From positions 6,945,794 to 7,009,793 of the forward strand of contig CAVNZM010000010.1 in the NCBI GenBank assembly GCA_963693365.1: a stretch of DNA of 64,000 bases. The letters are read 5' to 3'. Below are positions 1 through 12,890 of the stretch, one piece after another; within the stretch, counting starts at the first letter, position 1; every line of letters begins with the position of its first letter. Source of the stretch: Amoebidium appalachense. Its lineage: Eukaryota; Protista; Ichthyosporea. Below the pieces are notes generated by a model that was not told the origin of the DNA, did no database searches, and saw only the letters and a list, made by a program, of their open reading frames with translations. Both the position numbers and the translations under genes were made by a program.

Positions 1-1140
1 ACCTTCACCTTCACCCTTACCTTCCTGCTCCTGCTTATATCTCTTTTTCCTAGTATGATCCCTAATTAAAACTAAAGTACCCTCGGCAAATTCACGTAAC
101 GGACGTGTGGACACGTCTGCACGTGTCTGTGCCTGCTGTGTACGGGCCAGAGCTGCATCACGTGCAGCCCGGGCCCGGGTTAGTAGCTGCTCCCGGAACT
201 CAGTCCAGTGGGGATAAGTTAGTCGGTCAGCCCCCCCCATCGGCAAAAGTGCCGTATCTAACAAACTAATAGCCTCCTGCCCATAGACCAAATAAAACGG
301 AGAAAAACCAGTCACAGCATGAGGGGTAGAATTATATGAATGAGCAATAAACCTAGACATATGATCCCAATCATTAGCCTCCACATCCACCATTTTGCCA
401 AAGGACTTCTGAAACACTGCATGCACACGTTCAGAGATGGCATTTGCTTGAGGGTGATATGCAGACGTAGTGATATGAGCTACCCTTAAAATTTTACACA
501 CCTCCGACACCAACTGATTTAAAAACACACGACTCCTATCCGTTAACAAAACACGAGGACAACCAAACCTAAGACAAATTTCATCCACAAAAATACGAGC
601 AAACAAAACGGCATTAGCAGTGGGGAGAGGAAAAACTTCAACCCAACGAGTGGCCACATCGGTGACGGTAACCAGAACAGTGTTACCCTCAACCGTAGAA
701 TTAAAAGGACCGACCACATCCACCGCTACCCTTTCAAACATACGAACATTAAAATCCCTAATAAACGACGGGCGGGAACGAGAGTGGGGACTCTCATTCC
801 TTTCCTGACAATGCATGCATGACAACACATAATCCCTCACCTCCCTACTCATACCCGGCCAAAAATACGAACGATTAACACGAAGCAACGTCCTATTTAC
901 ACCTAAATGACCAGCCATGGGATGCTCATGCACCATATGCAAAACCTCAGGCACAAGTGCCGTCGGGACCCAAACTCGGTGTCCGTCTGGCCCAGAACAA
1001 TGATAGACTAAATCCTGCTCTACCTGACACATTTTTGCTAACTTAGCTACCTTAATCATCTGCCTTTTATTTTTAAATTTAATCGAATCAACCGGCCCCT
1101 TTAAATAATTCTTAACCAGACCAATCAACACATCTTCCTC
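1..1140 (-). CDS. gypsy integrase (HHCC zinc finger + DDE core), runs off window
   Basis: Manual translation: HEHPMAGHLGVNRT...YFWPGM...CMHCQ, VAVDVVGP, LLTDRSRVF, YHPQANAISER, TGFSPFYLVYG. Not in the ORF track because no stop falls inside the window. Confidence 0.9.
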
Positions 1141-1499
1141 CTGAGCTAAGATCAAAGCCGTAGGTGCTAAGGCAGGGGCCGAGCCATGAGACTCGGTCCC
1201 GACCTCAGACACTGACAAATACCTCCCCCCCCCTCCCCTACACTTATAAGCAAGCAACCCCGGAGCCCAAGAAGAAACATCAACAGACACAGCATCTATT
1301 CCTTTCTGCTCACTCTCCCCCCCCCCTTCCCCCCCCTCCCCCCCCCGTCTCTCACTATCCCCCCCCTCCCCCTCCTTCTCTTCTTCAAACAAAATATAAG
1401 CAGCACGAGAGAGAGCATCACAGTCAACCATTGTTTCACCCTTGGCATAAAACAATTTATAGGAGAACTCACCGAGAGCCGCGGCCCACTTCTGCATCC

Positions 1500-2985
1500 T
1501 CTCGTTGACCAGACGAGTGGTGCCGGCCATGGCTAGGCAGGGCTTGTGGTCGGTGTAGACCTCAAACGTCCTGCCTGCGAGTATATACCTCCATGCCTGT
1601 GAGACTGCCCAAAAGATAGCATGGGACTCTCTCTCCGGATTGCTATATCTACGTTCACTTTTACTAAATGAACGACTAGCATAAGCAATCACTCTATCCT
1701 GCCCCTCCTGCACTTGATATAACACGGCCCCCTCAGCAACCTTACTTGCATCACACCGAACTTTAAACATCCCCCCCCCGGCCGAAAAATCAGGATGAAC
1801 AAGCATACTCGAAGACTGCAAAGCTAACTTAAGCTTTTCGAAAGCAGAAACAGCATCAACATTCCAATCTATTCTATTCTTCTTCTCCCCCCCGTCTGAC
1901 TAGTTAACGGCAAAGCAAGCATACTATAATCCTTAATATAACGACGAAGATAATTAGTTAAACCTAAAAATTGCCTTAGTTGAGTGACAGTCTGAGGACG
2001 GGGCCACTCAACTATGGCCCGGATTTTCTCCGGATCAGGGGAAAGACCATTACTAGACACAATATGACCTAAAAACTTAACCTCCGGCACACCAATCACA
2101 GTCTTGCTACCGCTAATGCGAAGACCAGACTCACCCAAAGCTAAAAATACTTTTTCACAATTATTAACTAACTCCTCAAATGACCTACCTTTAATTAAAA
2201 CATCATCCAAATAAGGGTGGCATACATCCAAATGAGGGTGGAGAATTTTATACATGGCGGCACAACATAGCTGGAGAGGAGAGCAAACCCATCGGCACCA
2301 CCTTGTACTGGAACAGCTGGTCACCCAGTGCAAAGGCAGTCTTCTCCTTGCTGCTCTCCTCCAACCTTATCTGCCAAAAAGCTGCTTTTAAATCAAGTTT
2401 AGCAAAGTGAGTATAGCCGTGCAGCTGTGAAAGCTGCTCGTCTATGTTAGGGAGAGGCCATTGGTCTGCCTTAGTGATCCGATTCAGAGCCCTGTAATCG
2501 TTCACTAGACGCCAAGACCCGTCGGGCTTCTTAACCAATAGCACCGGACTTCTCCACGGACTCGAACTATGCTCCACATGACCCTTTTTTAACATATCAC
2601 TCACTATTATTAGCGCATCCGACAATTTATACTGCTCCATTCTATAGCTAGGCATCACTACCGGCCTATTATCACCTGTGTCGATCTGCATTTCAAACCC
2701 TTTAACGAAGCCTACTTCGTCATCATCGGCCAGAAATGCAAACCGAGTCCTATCAAATAACTTAGCTAGCAATTTTTTCTGTTCTACCGTCCAATCCCCC
2801 TCCTTCATACCAAACGGCAATACTAACTCCGGGTTACCCCCATCACAAGTGGATGCATCCTTATTCACCGGAGTGCCACTTAACATTTCACCTCCTGTAT
2901 TACATCGGTGCTGCTCGGGGTGAGGTTGAGGTACCTCCGGATATAGGCGGTCACCCTTAGCACCCCCCTCCCCCCGGCACACCAA
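1500..2985 (-). CDS. gypsy reverse transcriptase + RNase H (frameshifted near 2250-2290 and ~1880)
   Basis: SPWRSPVLLVKKPDGSWRLVNDYRALN, KLDLKAAFWQI, PYLDDVLI, FLGLTNYLRRYI; RNase H CDAS...VIAYASRSF, VYTDHKP. Confidence 0.9.
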
Positions 2986-3087
2986 TGCCCCCGGGCAATT
3001 CCTGATGAGTTAGTGCATGTATGTGGGGGGCCAGGTCTGTGGCCACCCTGCCCCCCACGGTGTTGGTTAACCCGTCAGATCCACGGG

Positions 3088-4404
3088 TTAGACCAACACC
3101 CTCCCCCCTGCCTGCACATTCTCACACCCGGGGTGACCCTCCTTCCTCTTGGGGGTCGGGGGAGTGGGACCGGTGCTGTCCCGGTCCCCCCCCCCATCGT
3201 GTCGGGTGACATTTTGGTGGCTAACGTTAAATAAAGTTGTTCCCCCTCCTCCTGAGTCACCCTTCGAGCCGGCATCCTCCTTTTGGGTAATAAGAGAGAC
3301 CTCTATACTACCAATCTCATTAGTGAAACTACCGACGGAAACACCTGACCTAATCACTATAGGCTCGATGCCCGGATTCACTAATTCTATTTCTATTGTC
3401 TTATCCGGCCATACCCTACTAAGGGTCCATTGGGCCACCTCCTGAAATGGGGTTTTCGGAGTAAAAACCCCTAAATCCCCTATCCTAACATGATTGCCGG
3501 CCCGGACACGTACCGTTTGGCACTGATAAGGCTCGATTACTACTTCAGCTACCGTTCTAGCACCAGACTGATAACCGTCGAGCCCATCATGGGTTTTAAT
3601 TTTAACGCCGGACTGCAATTCTAAAACATTCGTACGTTCAAACAAAGCATTCACATGTCGACGGAAAAATGGGGCTCCCAACAAAACACTTTGAGCTAAA
3701 TCCTTAACCACATAACAAGTAATATGCATAGCCTGGCCACCTATCTCACACGGCAACACACAAACACCTTCCACAGACATACTACTATTATTAGCACTAC
3801 CCAAGGCTGTGCTAGAAGCATCTAAAATAGGAATTTCCCCCCCGGCCTGATTAAAACGACGAATAAACGAAGCATGCACACAATTAACCTGAGCCCCTCC
3901 ATCGAGCAAAGCAACAGCCTTCAACTTACCATCAGCTAACCATACGTCTATATAATGCCGGCTAAAACCAACTAAATCCTCCTCCAATTCAAGCAACACA
4001 TCATCACTCACACCCAATCCCTGCCCACGAAGACTCACACCCTCGATACCTACGTGCAACATACCTACCTGTGGTGCCTGCACGGGTGGGGTGGGGTGTG
4101 TATGTGGTGTGGGTGGTGGTGGAGTGTGTGTGTGTGATGTGTGGGTGGGTGGTGTGTGTGTGTTTGGTGTATGTGTGGGTGTGTGTGTGGGTGTAGGTGT
4201 GTCTGCAACCGTCGTATGTTGTTGTGGTGGTGTGTTTCTACGTGTCTGTGCCTTCCCCCCCCTTCCCCCTGTACTCGTGTGTGTCCCCCCCCTCCCGGGA
4301 ACAAAGGCACAGAAACCCCCTCCGGTGTGGTTAGAACAAACACCGGGTTGGGACAAGAAACACTGAGACCATCCACTTGTGGCTGGGGAACCTCCCCCAA
4401 CCAC
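3088..4404 (-). CDS. gypsy aspartic protease region
   Basis: ALLDGGAQVNCV and VLLGAPFF retropepsin motifs. Confidence 0.8.
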   Translation of the reverse strand: MVGGGSPATSGWSQCFLSQPGVCSNHTGGGFCAFVPGRGGTHTSTGGRGGKAQTRRNTPPQQHTTVADTPTPTHTPTHTPNTHTPPTHTSHTHTPPPPTPHTHPTPPVQAPQVGMLHVGIEGVSLRGQGLGVSDDVLLELEEDLVGFSRHYIDVWLADGKLKAVALLDGGAQVNCVHASFIRRFNQAGGEIPILDASSTALGSANNSSMSVEGVCVLPCEIGGQAMHITCYVVKDLAQSVLLGAPFFRRHVNALFERTNVLELQSGVKIKTHDGLDGYQSGARTVAEVVIEPYQCQTVRVRAGNHVRIGDLGVFTPKTPFQEVAQWTLSRVWPDKTIEIELVNPGIEPIVIRSGVSVGSFTNEIGSIEVSLITQKEDAGSKGDSGGGGTTLFNVSHQNVTRHDGGGDRDSTGPTPPTPKRKEGHPGCENVQAGGRVLV

Positions 4405-4770
4405 AAAACATTCACACCATTCATACCTTTGGTAGAGTCACCCCACAAACATTCATGCCATACCACCTCGACGCTGTCTTGAGGACCCACGACGATGCCC
4501 GGCTCCCACACGTATCGGGGCGGTGAGGGGGCAAAGGGAAGCTTAACCTGGGGTGGGGGAGGGTGAAGGTTCTCTGCAACCTGGGGGGGACCGATACTGT
4601 CCCCCCCCCCTCCCTCAGTGACCCCAGCTTCCCCCTCCCCCGGAACTCAATAGCTCTTGTAACTACGGCAATATGCAGCAGAGTGCCCTTGCCGGCCACA
4701 AAAGTAACATGCACCAAAGAAGGGGCCAGGGGGGACTTCAAAACCTTGGCGCAAAGCATAACCGGGAGCC

Positions 4771-5706
4771 TGTTATAATACGTAGTATTTACATATTGTA
4801 AGATCTTCTCAGTTCGTGTTATGTTTTCATTCATTTACTTAATGAAAAAGATGTGCTCCTTGTACGTAAATTATGACATCGATCTCCAGTGTATTTGAGT
4901 ACTTGTAATCGTGTTGTGTCGGCTATATTCGTGTGTTTAGATATCGATTACAGCAACTGATTATAGGTACACGAGTCTACCCAGTGAGGGAGACACGTGT
5001 ACATGTTATGTGTACATGAATATCTTCGGTTATAACTGTGTTTTGCTGTTCGTGTTTTCTGTCCTGCTTTCTTTTCTTTTTCCTCTTTCTTCGTCTTTTC
5101 TTTTCTCTTTCTTTCTTCTCTTGTTTCCTTTCATTTAATTATATTTCTCTCTCACTAATATACGTTGAGTAGATTTATATTACTCGTTATGTTTTGATTG
5201 GTAGAAAAACACTTAGGTTACACTTTAGCTTGTCAGGTATGATTCATAGCTTAGTCAACCACTTTTGTTTTGTGTGTTGCCGTACTATATCCAATCAGTG
5301 GACTTAGTCAGAAAATGTCTTGAGTCTTTGTAGCCGATGATAGGTTAGAAACACCACCTCTTTCCTCGTTACTCTTCACCTCTTTTCTTTCTTATAGCTG
5401 TGACCTATGGTGTGTGTTCCCGCGTCTCCGGATCTATCCGGGAAATAATCAGTTAATTATGATTGGTTATTTTAGACATAGATCTGATTTCCGACTGGTC
5501 GGAAATCATGTATGGATTTAACTTAAGGGAATTTCAGGTATTTATTAGCGATCAAAATAAATTGAGTTCAGTCGTGTCTAAACATTGATGTCTGTTGTGT
5601 ACACTGCTCCGATCGTTCCGTGTTTTGTTGTTGTGTGTGTCTGTGGTGTTTTCACACTGCACCACTGTGTCTCTGCTTACATCCTAAATACTTATAGAAT
5701 ATAACA
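4771..5706 (+). repeat. copia 5' LTR (936 bp)
   Basis: Near-identical to 11951-12885; TG...CA ends. Confidence 0.97.
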
Positions 5707-5720
5707 GGTTATGCAGCCCT
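5707..5720 (+). promoter_or_regulatory. primer-binding site, variant half-tRNAi-Met type (GGTTATGCAGCCCT)
   Basis: Directly after the 5' LTR; resembles the GGTTATG(G/A)GCCC PBS complementary to the anticodon arm of initiator tRNA-Met (Drosophila copia/Ty5 type). Confidence 0.7.
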
Positions 5721-5768
5721 TTTGCACGCTCCCTACACACATCTAGAACTCGCGCTCGTTTTTCAATC

Positions 5769-8700
5769 ATGGATCCAAACAAAACTGGCGTAAACAAAAT
5801 CACCATGTGGAAAGGTGAAGGGAAGACTGGTCCCGATAGCAAAACTACCTATTTTCAATGGGAAATCATTTTTCTCGGCATGATGACCGGCACTAAAGGT
5901 GTCCGACTCGTGGATGTTGTCCTTGCTGACAACTACGTCCCCCCTACCACCGTCGCGGTTGACGGTGAACCCCCCTTCTATGGCTACGGCACTACCGCGG
6001 AACTCAAAGAGGCCCGCAATTGCCTCCTGCTCCATATGATACAGAACATCGACCCTTCCGTCCTCACCACCGTTGCCCAGTACCGTATTGGCATGGACCC
6101 TGAACGGGCCATGTGGAAATTCCGTCAACACTATCTCCAAGGCAAACCCGATCAGATCCGCATCCTTCACCGTCAGTGGGATGCCTGTGCCCTTCAGCCC
6201 GGTGAATCATTCACCACCTACCTGAGCCGTCTGCAGACCATCGTGAACCAGCTCCAGTCTCTCCAAGATGAGTCCATTCACTTCACTCGTCTAGCTGAGA
6301 AGTTCTTCAATGAACTCACCACCAGAGACGACCTCACCCCTGAGTTCAATCGTCTTATCGAAGACTATCACTTCGGTGATAAGCTATTCCCCGACTTCGA
6401 GTCCCTCCATAACCACGTCAAGGGCATCGAGTTACGTCAAGACCTCAAGATGCAACTCCGGAACAACCGTGCCCACCGTGCCTCCAAGTCCAGCATGGCA
6501 TTAAATGCCAGTGCTCCCCCCCGTGATCTTCCTCGCCGTGACTTACGCACCCGACTTGACCGTACCTCTGGCACGGACCTCCGAACTCGTCTCTCCCGTC
6601 AGCACACCCGATCCCGTTCCCCCCACCGGCCTGCCTTCCGGTCCACGTCTCGTTCCCCCAGTCGTTCCCGTTTCTCGGGTTCCCGTCGTTCTGATTCCCC
6701 GGCTCGTTCTAACACCCCGTCCGTGAAAGAATGCTCCTACTGCCACGAGCCTGATCACACGATCATCGATTGCCCTGAGCCGAAATGCCGTATGTCCAGA
6801 CACAACCGTTCCCGTCAAGGCAGTGAGAAATCTGTCTCCTTTGCTTTCTCGGCATACAATGCTAGCTCCGTCCCCGTGTCCTCCGACCCTGCCTGGGATT
6901 CCGGGTGCAACATGACTGTTTGCCCCACCCGTGAGTTCTTCCATGACCTCACTCCCCTTCCGACACCGACTCCCGTTGCTGCCTTCAATGGCACCCCCGT
7001 CTTGGCCACTCACACCGGCCATATCGTCATCAACACCACCACCGACCATGGCACTACCACCCTAACCATTGAAGCCTACTACACCCCGTCTGGCCAAGCC
7101 TTCCTCATTTCAACATCCCAAGCTGCTGCCGAATACATCAAGGGTGATTTGAACGATGCCTCCACTCCGTCATTCCTCTTCGACCGACTCACCGGCCGTC
7201 ATCTCGTCAACCTCCGTCTACACAACGGTCTGTATTACTTCAAGGACTACACCATTCAACCACCCACTCGTCCTGTGGCTCTGGCTGCCACTACCAGTGT
7301 TAACCCATCCATCTGGCACCATCGTCTGGGGCACCGAGCTATGACCAGCATCAAGGACATGGTGAAACACGACCTTGTTATTGGTCTCCCCTCCTCTGTC
7401 CTCGACTGTGATGTTCCTGATTGTCATGGCTGCATTATGGGTAAGACCACCAAGGCTCCGTTCAGGGGTGACCGTCCTCACTCCAACATCCCCGGTCATG
7501 AATGGCATTGGGATTTTTTTGAGCCTACCACAACATCGTACGGAGGTTCCAAGGTTGCTCTCGTCACTGTCTGCCGTGCCTCTGGCCTCGTCAAGATCTA
7601 CCCGATGGCCGACCGTACCACCACCCTGGATATTCTCACAGCTCACACCAACCTCGTTGCCACCCATGCCCCCTCCAAAGTTGGTGTTTACCACTTCGAC
7701 TCCGGCTCTGAGTTCACCTCCAAGGATACCCGTGCTTTTTGCCTCTCCCAGGGCATCAAGGCCAGCTATGCTCCGGTGGACTGCCCTCAACTGAACGGCT
7801 ATGTTGAACGACGTATGCGGTTCCTCCAAGAGATTGTCCGTTGCCTCCTCCATCAAGTCCAAGATCAGTCTCTGTCTCCCAAACTGTGGGCTGAGGCCCT
7901 CCAACATGCCGCCTACATCATCAACGTCACCCCGTCCACGACTGCCAATGGTCGTACACCATTCGAGGTTTTCTACGGTGTCAAGCCCGACATCTCCGAG
8001 CTCAAAGTGTTCGGTTGCCCTGCCTACACTCACGTGCCAGCCTCTAAACGGAACAAGCTGGCCCCCACCGTCAAACTCGGCATGTATATCGGCTATGATC
8101 TTCAATCACACTGCCACCGGATCTTCAATGCCACCACCCATCGTGTCGGCCTCTTCCGTGATGTGATTTTCGACGAATCAGCTTATCTCCCGTCCGACAT
8201 TCCATCAACCCTTCCGACCCCCGACACCACTGCTACCTCGACCACCCCACCCCCCACAGTTGACACTGAAGATGATGTTTGTCTGGTGTACTCTGGCCCC
8301 CCTCCTGCCATCGTCGTTCCCCCGACACCCCCCCCCCACCGGCCCCCCTGCCCCCGTGCCCGTCCAGCCTGCCGACCCTCATCCTGCCCCTGGCAACGTC
8401 ACACCCATCCGACCCGGCTCCCCCGACAACTTCCACTCGGCCCCGTCCAGCCCGGAGGTTGCCCCCCCTGCACTTCCGAACTTCCAAGTTCCCCCCCCAC
8501 CGTCTCCACCTACCCCGGTTCCTGCACCCCGTCGTTCTGCCCGTCTCCAGGGCAAGGTTGGACTTCAAGCCACCACCACCCTGCCAGTCCCCCCCGGTCC
8601 CCCCATCAACATCGACCAACTACCCAAACTTGTCCGTCAACTCTGTTCCGGACCCAATGGTGATCAGGTCAAGTCAGCCCTGACTGCTGAGTATCAAGCC

Positions 8701-10176
8701 TTCGTCGACAAAGACATCTTTGAACTTGTTGACCCTCCCCCTGGTGCTAACATCGTCGGCTTCAAGTGGATTGTCTCCGAGAAAACTCTCAACTCGGCTG
8801 GTGACACCAAGATCAAGGCACGTGGTGTTGCTCAAGGCTTCAGTCAGCAATACGGTGTTGACTATGAGTTGATTGAGAGCCCTGTCATCCGTCCGGCTGC
8901 TCTCCGTGCCATCCTAGCTCTGGCCGTTGTTGAAGGTCATGACATACATCAACTCGACGTGTCTACGGCCTTTCTCAACAGCCCACTCACCGAGACCATC
9001 TACATGAAACAACCCCCGGGATTCATCACCATGGCCACACTTGGCAAGGTCTGGAGACTCAAGAAAGCCCTGTACGGCCTCAAGCAAGCCTCCAAGGCTT
9101 GGTACGACTTCCTCAACGGCATTCTTCTTGCCCATGGCCTGACCCGTACTAAGACCGACCCGTGCATCTACCTCCGGTTCTTCCCCAACAACGATGTGGT
9201 ACGGGCTGGTAACTACGTCGATGACTCCACCATCACCAACACCCGGGGTTCTACTGCTGCCAGTGACCTGGCTGCCCACATCAGCAAGATGGCCAGCTGT
9301 CGTATGAGTCCATTTGACCGTATGCTCGGTGTTGATTTTAATCACTCTGATCCCCATCACCTCCACATGCACCAGAGGTCTTACATCATGGATATCATCC
9401 ACGACTTCAACCTCACCGATGCCAAGTCCAAGTCTACCCCCATCCCTGCAGGCACCACCGTCTCCCTGGCTGATTGCCCCCCCCAACCGTTCACCGTGCC
9501 CTACCGTGAGTTACTCGGCCGTCTCCTCTGGGTGGCACGGTGCACACGTCCCGACATTGCCTATGCCATCGGCTTCCTTGGTCGGTTCAGCACCAACCCC
9601 GGCAAGACTCACTGGGACCTTCTCCGTCGTGTGGCCCGGTACCTGCTCGGCACCATTGACCTTGGCATTGACTACAAGTACTCGGCCACCCAGTCCCCCA
9701 TACTCGAATGCTACACGGATGCTGACTTTGCTGGTTGTGCCGACAGCAAGAAGTCTACCACCGGCTACATTATCGTGTTTGCTGGTATGCCCGTCATCTG
9801 GTACTCCAAGCTCCAGCCCATCACGGCCACCAGCACCACTGAAGCTGAGCTGATTGCTCTCAATGCTGGCACCCAAGAAGTTGCTTGGGTCCGTGACCTC
9901 TTCAAGGAACTCGGCTGTCCCATGCTTGCTCCGACTCCGGTGTACTGTGACAACCAGTCGACCATTGCCATCGTCAACTCCACCGGCATCAAGCACCGTA
10001 CCAAACACATTGCCGTCCGGTATCACAACACCAAGGACTACATTGCCAGTGGGGACGTGGTTGTCCACTACGTTGAGTCAGCCCACAACTTAGCTGACAT
10101 ACTCACCAAACCCCTCCCCGGCCCGAGTCATGTCCACCATCGTGCTCGACTTTGTTTACCGGATATTGTGGATTGA
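5769..10176 (+). CDS. copia Gag-Pol polyprotein (one frameshift in poly-C near 8325-8355)
   Basis: Knuckle CSYCHEPDHTIIDC, protease WDSG, WHHRLGH...CHGC, integrase HWD...HFDSGSEF...NGYVER, RT QLDVSTAFLN/YVDD, RNase H YTDADFAG/ADILTK; PR-IN-RT-RH order. Confidence 0.95.
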
Positions 10177-10502
10177 CCCGACCTACTTCAAGAGTGATTT
10201 TCTCATGTGTACTACTTACTTTATCAACATCATTATATCATATGTATTGCCTTTGTGGGTATGCCCACTTAGGGTTTATATATAAGGTTTGACCTGTACC
10301 ATCACTCTACTCTATCTTTCACTGGTTTAAAACCCAGTTAATCAAACACCGCCTATACACGTTATATATATTCGTTGTTTTTGCCCCGGTTCCTTCCCCC
10401 CCCCCCCCCCCCTCCCCCCCTGTTGGAAGTAGAGTCCGCTGTGACTAGGGTCGTCGTGGCGCGCTTGGGCGCTGACCCGTTTTTTACTGCTTTCAGTGTG
10501 TT

Positions 10503-10697
10503 AACTCCATGACTGAACTCCATGACTGAACTCCATGACTGAACTCCATGACTGAACTCCATGTCTGAACTCCATGACTGAACTCCATGACTGAACTCCA
10601 TGACTGAACTCCATGACTTAACTCCATGACTGAACTCCATGACTGAACTCCATGTCTGAACTCCATGTCTGAACTCCATGACTGAACTCCATGACTG
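10503..10697. repeat. 13-bp tandem repeat (AACTCCATGACTG) x15 in TRIM LTR
   Basis: Counted directly. Confidence 0.95.
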
Positions 10698-11352
10698 CAC
10701 CTGGCAGAGACGTGGCTTATATACCCGTGGGGCAGCAGTCTGGAATGTAATCCGGATGCCAGGTGCTAATCGGATTGGTTACTTTCATTTAGAGATCTCT
10801 GGGACCAGTGAACCAATCGTTTGCAGTCAAAACACAATTGGCAACATTCCTCAACTATGCAGATGTGCATGTGGTGATCGAGTGTCAGCGTGTGTCTGTG
10901 TACACGGAACCAATTGTAAAGCTAACATACACATATTGTGGAGTGAGCGTAAGTCTGCACTCCAACACCCCTACCCAATTGGAGAAGTGTACACACCACT
11001 AGAGAAGAGAGAGTGAGTGTGGCTGCTTGCAGGGTAGACCGGGGTGTGCATTCCACTGTGGTGCGTGCCCCGCCAATGAAGTGGAATACTTGACGTTGAT
11101 GTCGCAGGCTGCTGCGGATGGAGTTTGTGGAAGCGAAAGTCTCTACTTCACGGAAATACGCTCGCGGGTGTAGGGTACAGCCTAGAAGTCGGTTTCTGGG
11201 CTCCTCCGTTCAAGGCGTCGTAGGGGACGTGAAGTTAGAGGCCGCGGTGTCGTGTCTGGGCCCATAACCCTGTTGGAAGTAGAGTCCGCTGTGACTAGGG
11301 TCGTCGTGGCGCGCTTGGGCGCTGACCCGTTTTTTACTGCTTTCAGTGTGTT

Positions 11353-11469
11353 AACTCCATGACTGAACTCCATGACTTAACTCCATGACTTAACTCCATG
11401 TCTGAACTCCATGACTGAACTCCATGTCTGAACTCCATGTCTGAACTCCATGACTGAACTCCATGACTG
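11353..11469. repeat. 13-bp tandem repeat (AACTCCATGACTG) x9 in the other TRIM LTR
   Basis: Counted directly; the 78-bp LTR length difference equals 6 units. Confidence 0.95.
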
Positions 11470-11950
11470 CACCTGGCAGAGACGTGGCTTATATACCCGT
11501 GGGGCAGCAGTCTGGAATGTAATCCGGATGCCAGGTGCTAATCGGATTGGTTACTTTCATTTAGAGATCTCTGGGACCAGTGAACCAATCGTTTGCAGTC
11601 AAAACACAATTGGCAACATTCCTCAACTATGCAGATGTGCATGTGGTGATCGAGTGTCAGCGTGTGTCTGTGTACACGGAACCAATTGTAAAGCTAACAT
11701 ACACATATTGTGGAGTGAGCGTAAGTCTGCACTCCAACACCCCCCCCCCTTCCCCCCCCCCCTTCCCCCCCCCCCCCTCTCCCCCCCCCCCCCCCCCTCC
11801 CCCCCCCCCTCTCCTCCCCCCCCCCCCCCCCCCCCCCCCCGGGAAAAGTACACACTTTAATTTTTTTTTTCCGTTTCTGTTCTCAAGTGGGGAGATTTCA
11901 CTAGTTCAGTGGGGATATGATAACACAAACTTCAAAGTCTTAAGTGGGGA

Positions 11951-12885
11951 TGTTATAATACGTAGTATTTACATATTGTAAGATCTTCTCAGTTCGTGTT
12001 ATGTTTTCATTCATTTACTTAATGAAAAAGATGTGCTCCTTGTACGTAAATTATGACATCGATCTCCAGTGTATTTGAGTACTTGTAATCGTGTTGTGTC
12101 GGCTATATTCGTGTGTTTAGATATCGATTACAGCAACTGATTATAGGTACACGAGTCTACCCAGTGAGGGAGACACGTGTACATGTTATGTGTACATGAA
12201 TATCTTCGGTTATAACTGTGTTTTGCTGTTCGTGTTTTCTGTCCTGCTTTCTTTTCTTTTTCCTCTTTCTTCGTCTTTTCTTTTCTCTTTCTTTCTTCTC
12301 TTGTTTCCTTTCATTTAATTATATTTCTCTCTCACTAATATACGTTGAGTAGATTTATATTACTCGTTATGTTTTGATTGGTAGAAAAACACTTAGGTTA
12401 CACTTTAGCTTGTCAGGTATGATTCATAGCTTAGTCAACCACTTTTGTTTTGTGTGTTGCCGTACTATATCCAATCAGTGGACTTAGTCAGAAAATGTCT
12501 GAGTCTTTGTAGCCGATGATAGGTTAGAAACACCACCTCTTTCCTCGTTACTCTTCACCTCTTTTCTTTCTTATAGCTGTGACCTATGGTGTGTGTTCCC
12601 GCGTCTCCGGATCTATCCGGGAAATAATCAGTTAATTATGATTGGTTATTTTAGACATAGATCTGATTTCCGACTGGTCGGAAATCATGTATGGATTTAA
12701 CTTAAGGGAATTTCAGGTATTTATTAGCGATCAAAATAAATTGAGTTCAGTCGTGTCTAAACATTGATGTCTGTTGTGTACACTGCTCCGATCGTTCCGT
12801 GTTTTGTTGTTGTGTGTGTCTGTGGTGTTTTCACACTGCACCACTGTGTCTCTGCTTACATCCTAAATACTTATAGAATATAACA
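11951..12885 (+). repeat. copia 3' LTR (935 bp)
   Basis: Near-identical to 4771-5706; followed by TSD GAGCC. Confidence 0.97.
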
Positions 12886-12890
12886 GAGCC

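Larger units (their letters stand above)
10421..11739 (-). mobile_element. TRIM (miniature non-autonomous LTR element) inserted in the poly-C tract of the copia 3' UTR
   Basis: Direct repeats 10421-10967 and 11271-11739 with TGTTGGA...TCCAACA ends; 303-bp interior; minus-strand PBS GGTTATGGGCCCAG at ~11269-11256 and PPT GGGTAGGGG at 10976-10968; CCCCC on both flanks. The related element at ~18225-18330 has an uninterrupted poly-C tract. Confidence 0.92.
4771..12885 (+). mobile_element. full-length Ty1/copia LTR retrotransposon, very recent insertion
   Basis: LTRs 4771-5706 and 11951-12885 (TGTTAT...ATAACA; only a 1-bp indel noticed), 5-bp TSD GAGCC (4766-4770/12886-12890), PPT AAGTGGGGA before the 3' LTR. 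Confidence 0.97.

Noticed and set aside
8320-8360. Programmed frameshift in copia pol
   Set aside because: It lies between integrase and RT in poly-C runs; a homopolymer error or mutation is more likely.
11085-11110. TRIM interior reading ...INVKY like the copia RNase H KHIDVRY motif
   Set aside because: Too short and needs a frameshift; could be chance.
10503-11469. 13-bp arrays as a CRISPR-like array or coding repeat (MEFSHGVQSWSSV ORFs)
   Set aside because: No spacers; simple tandem repeats inside TRIM LTRs.
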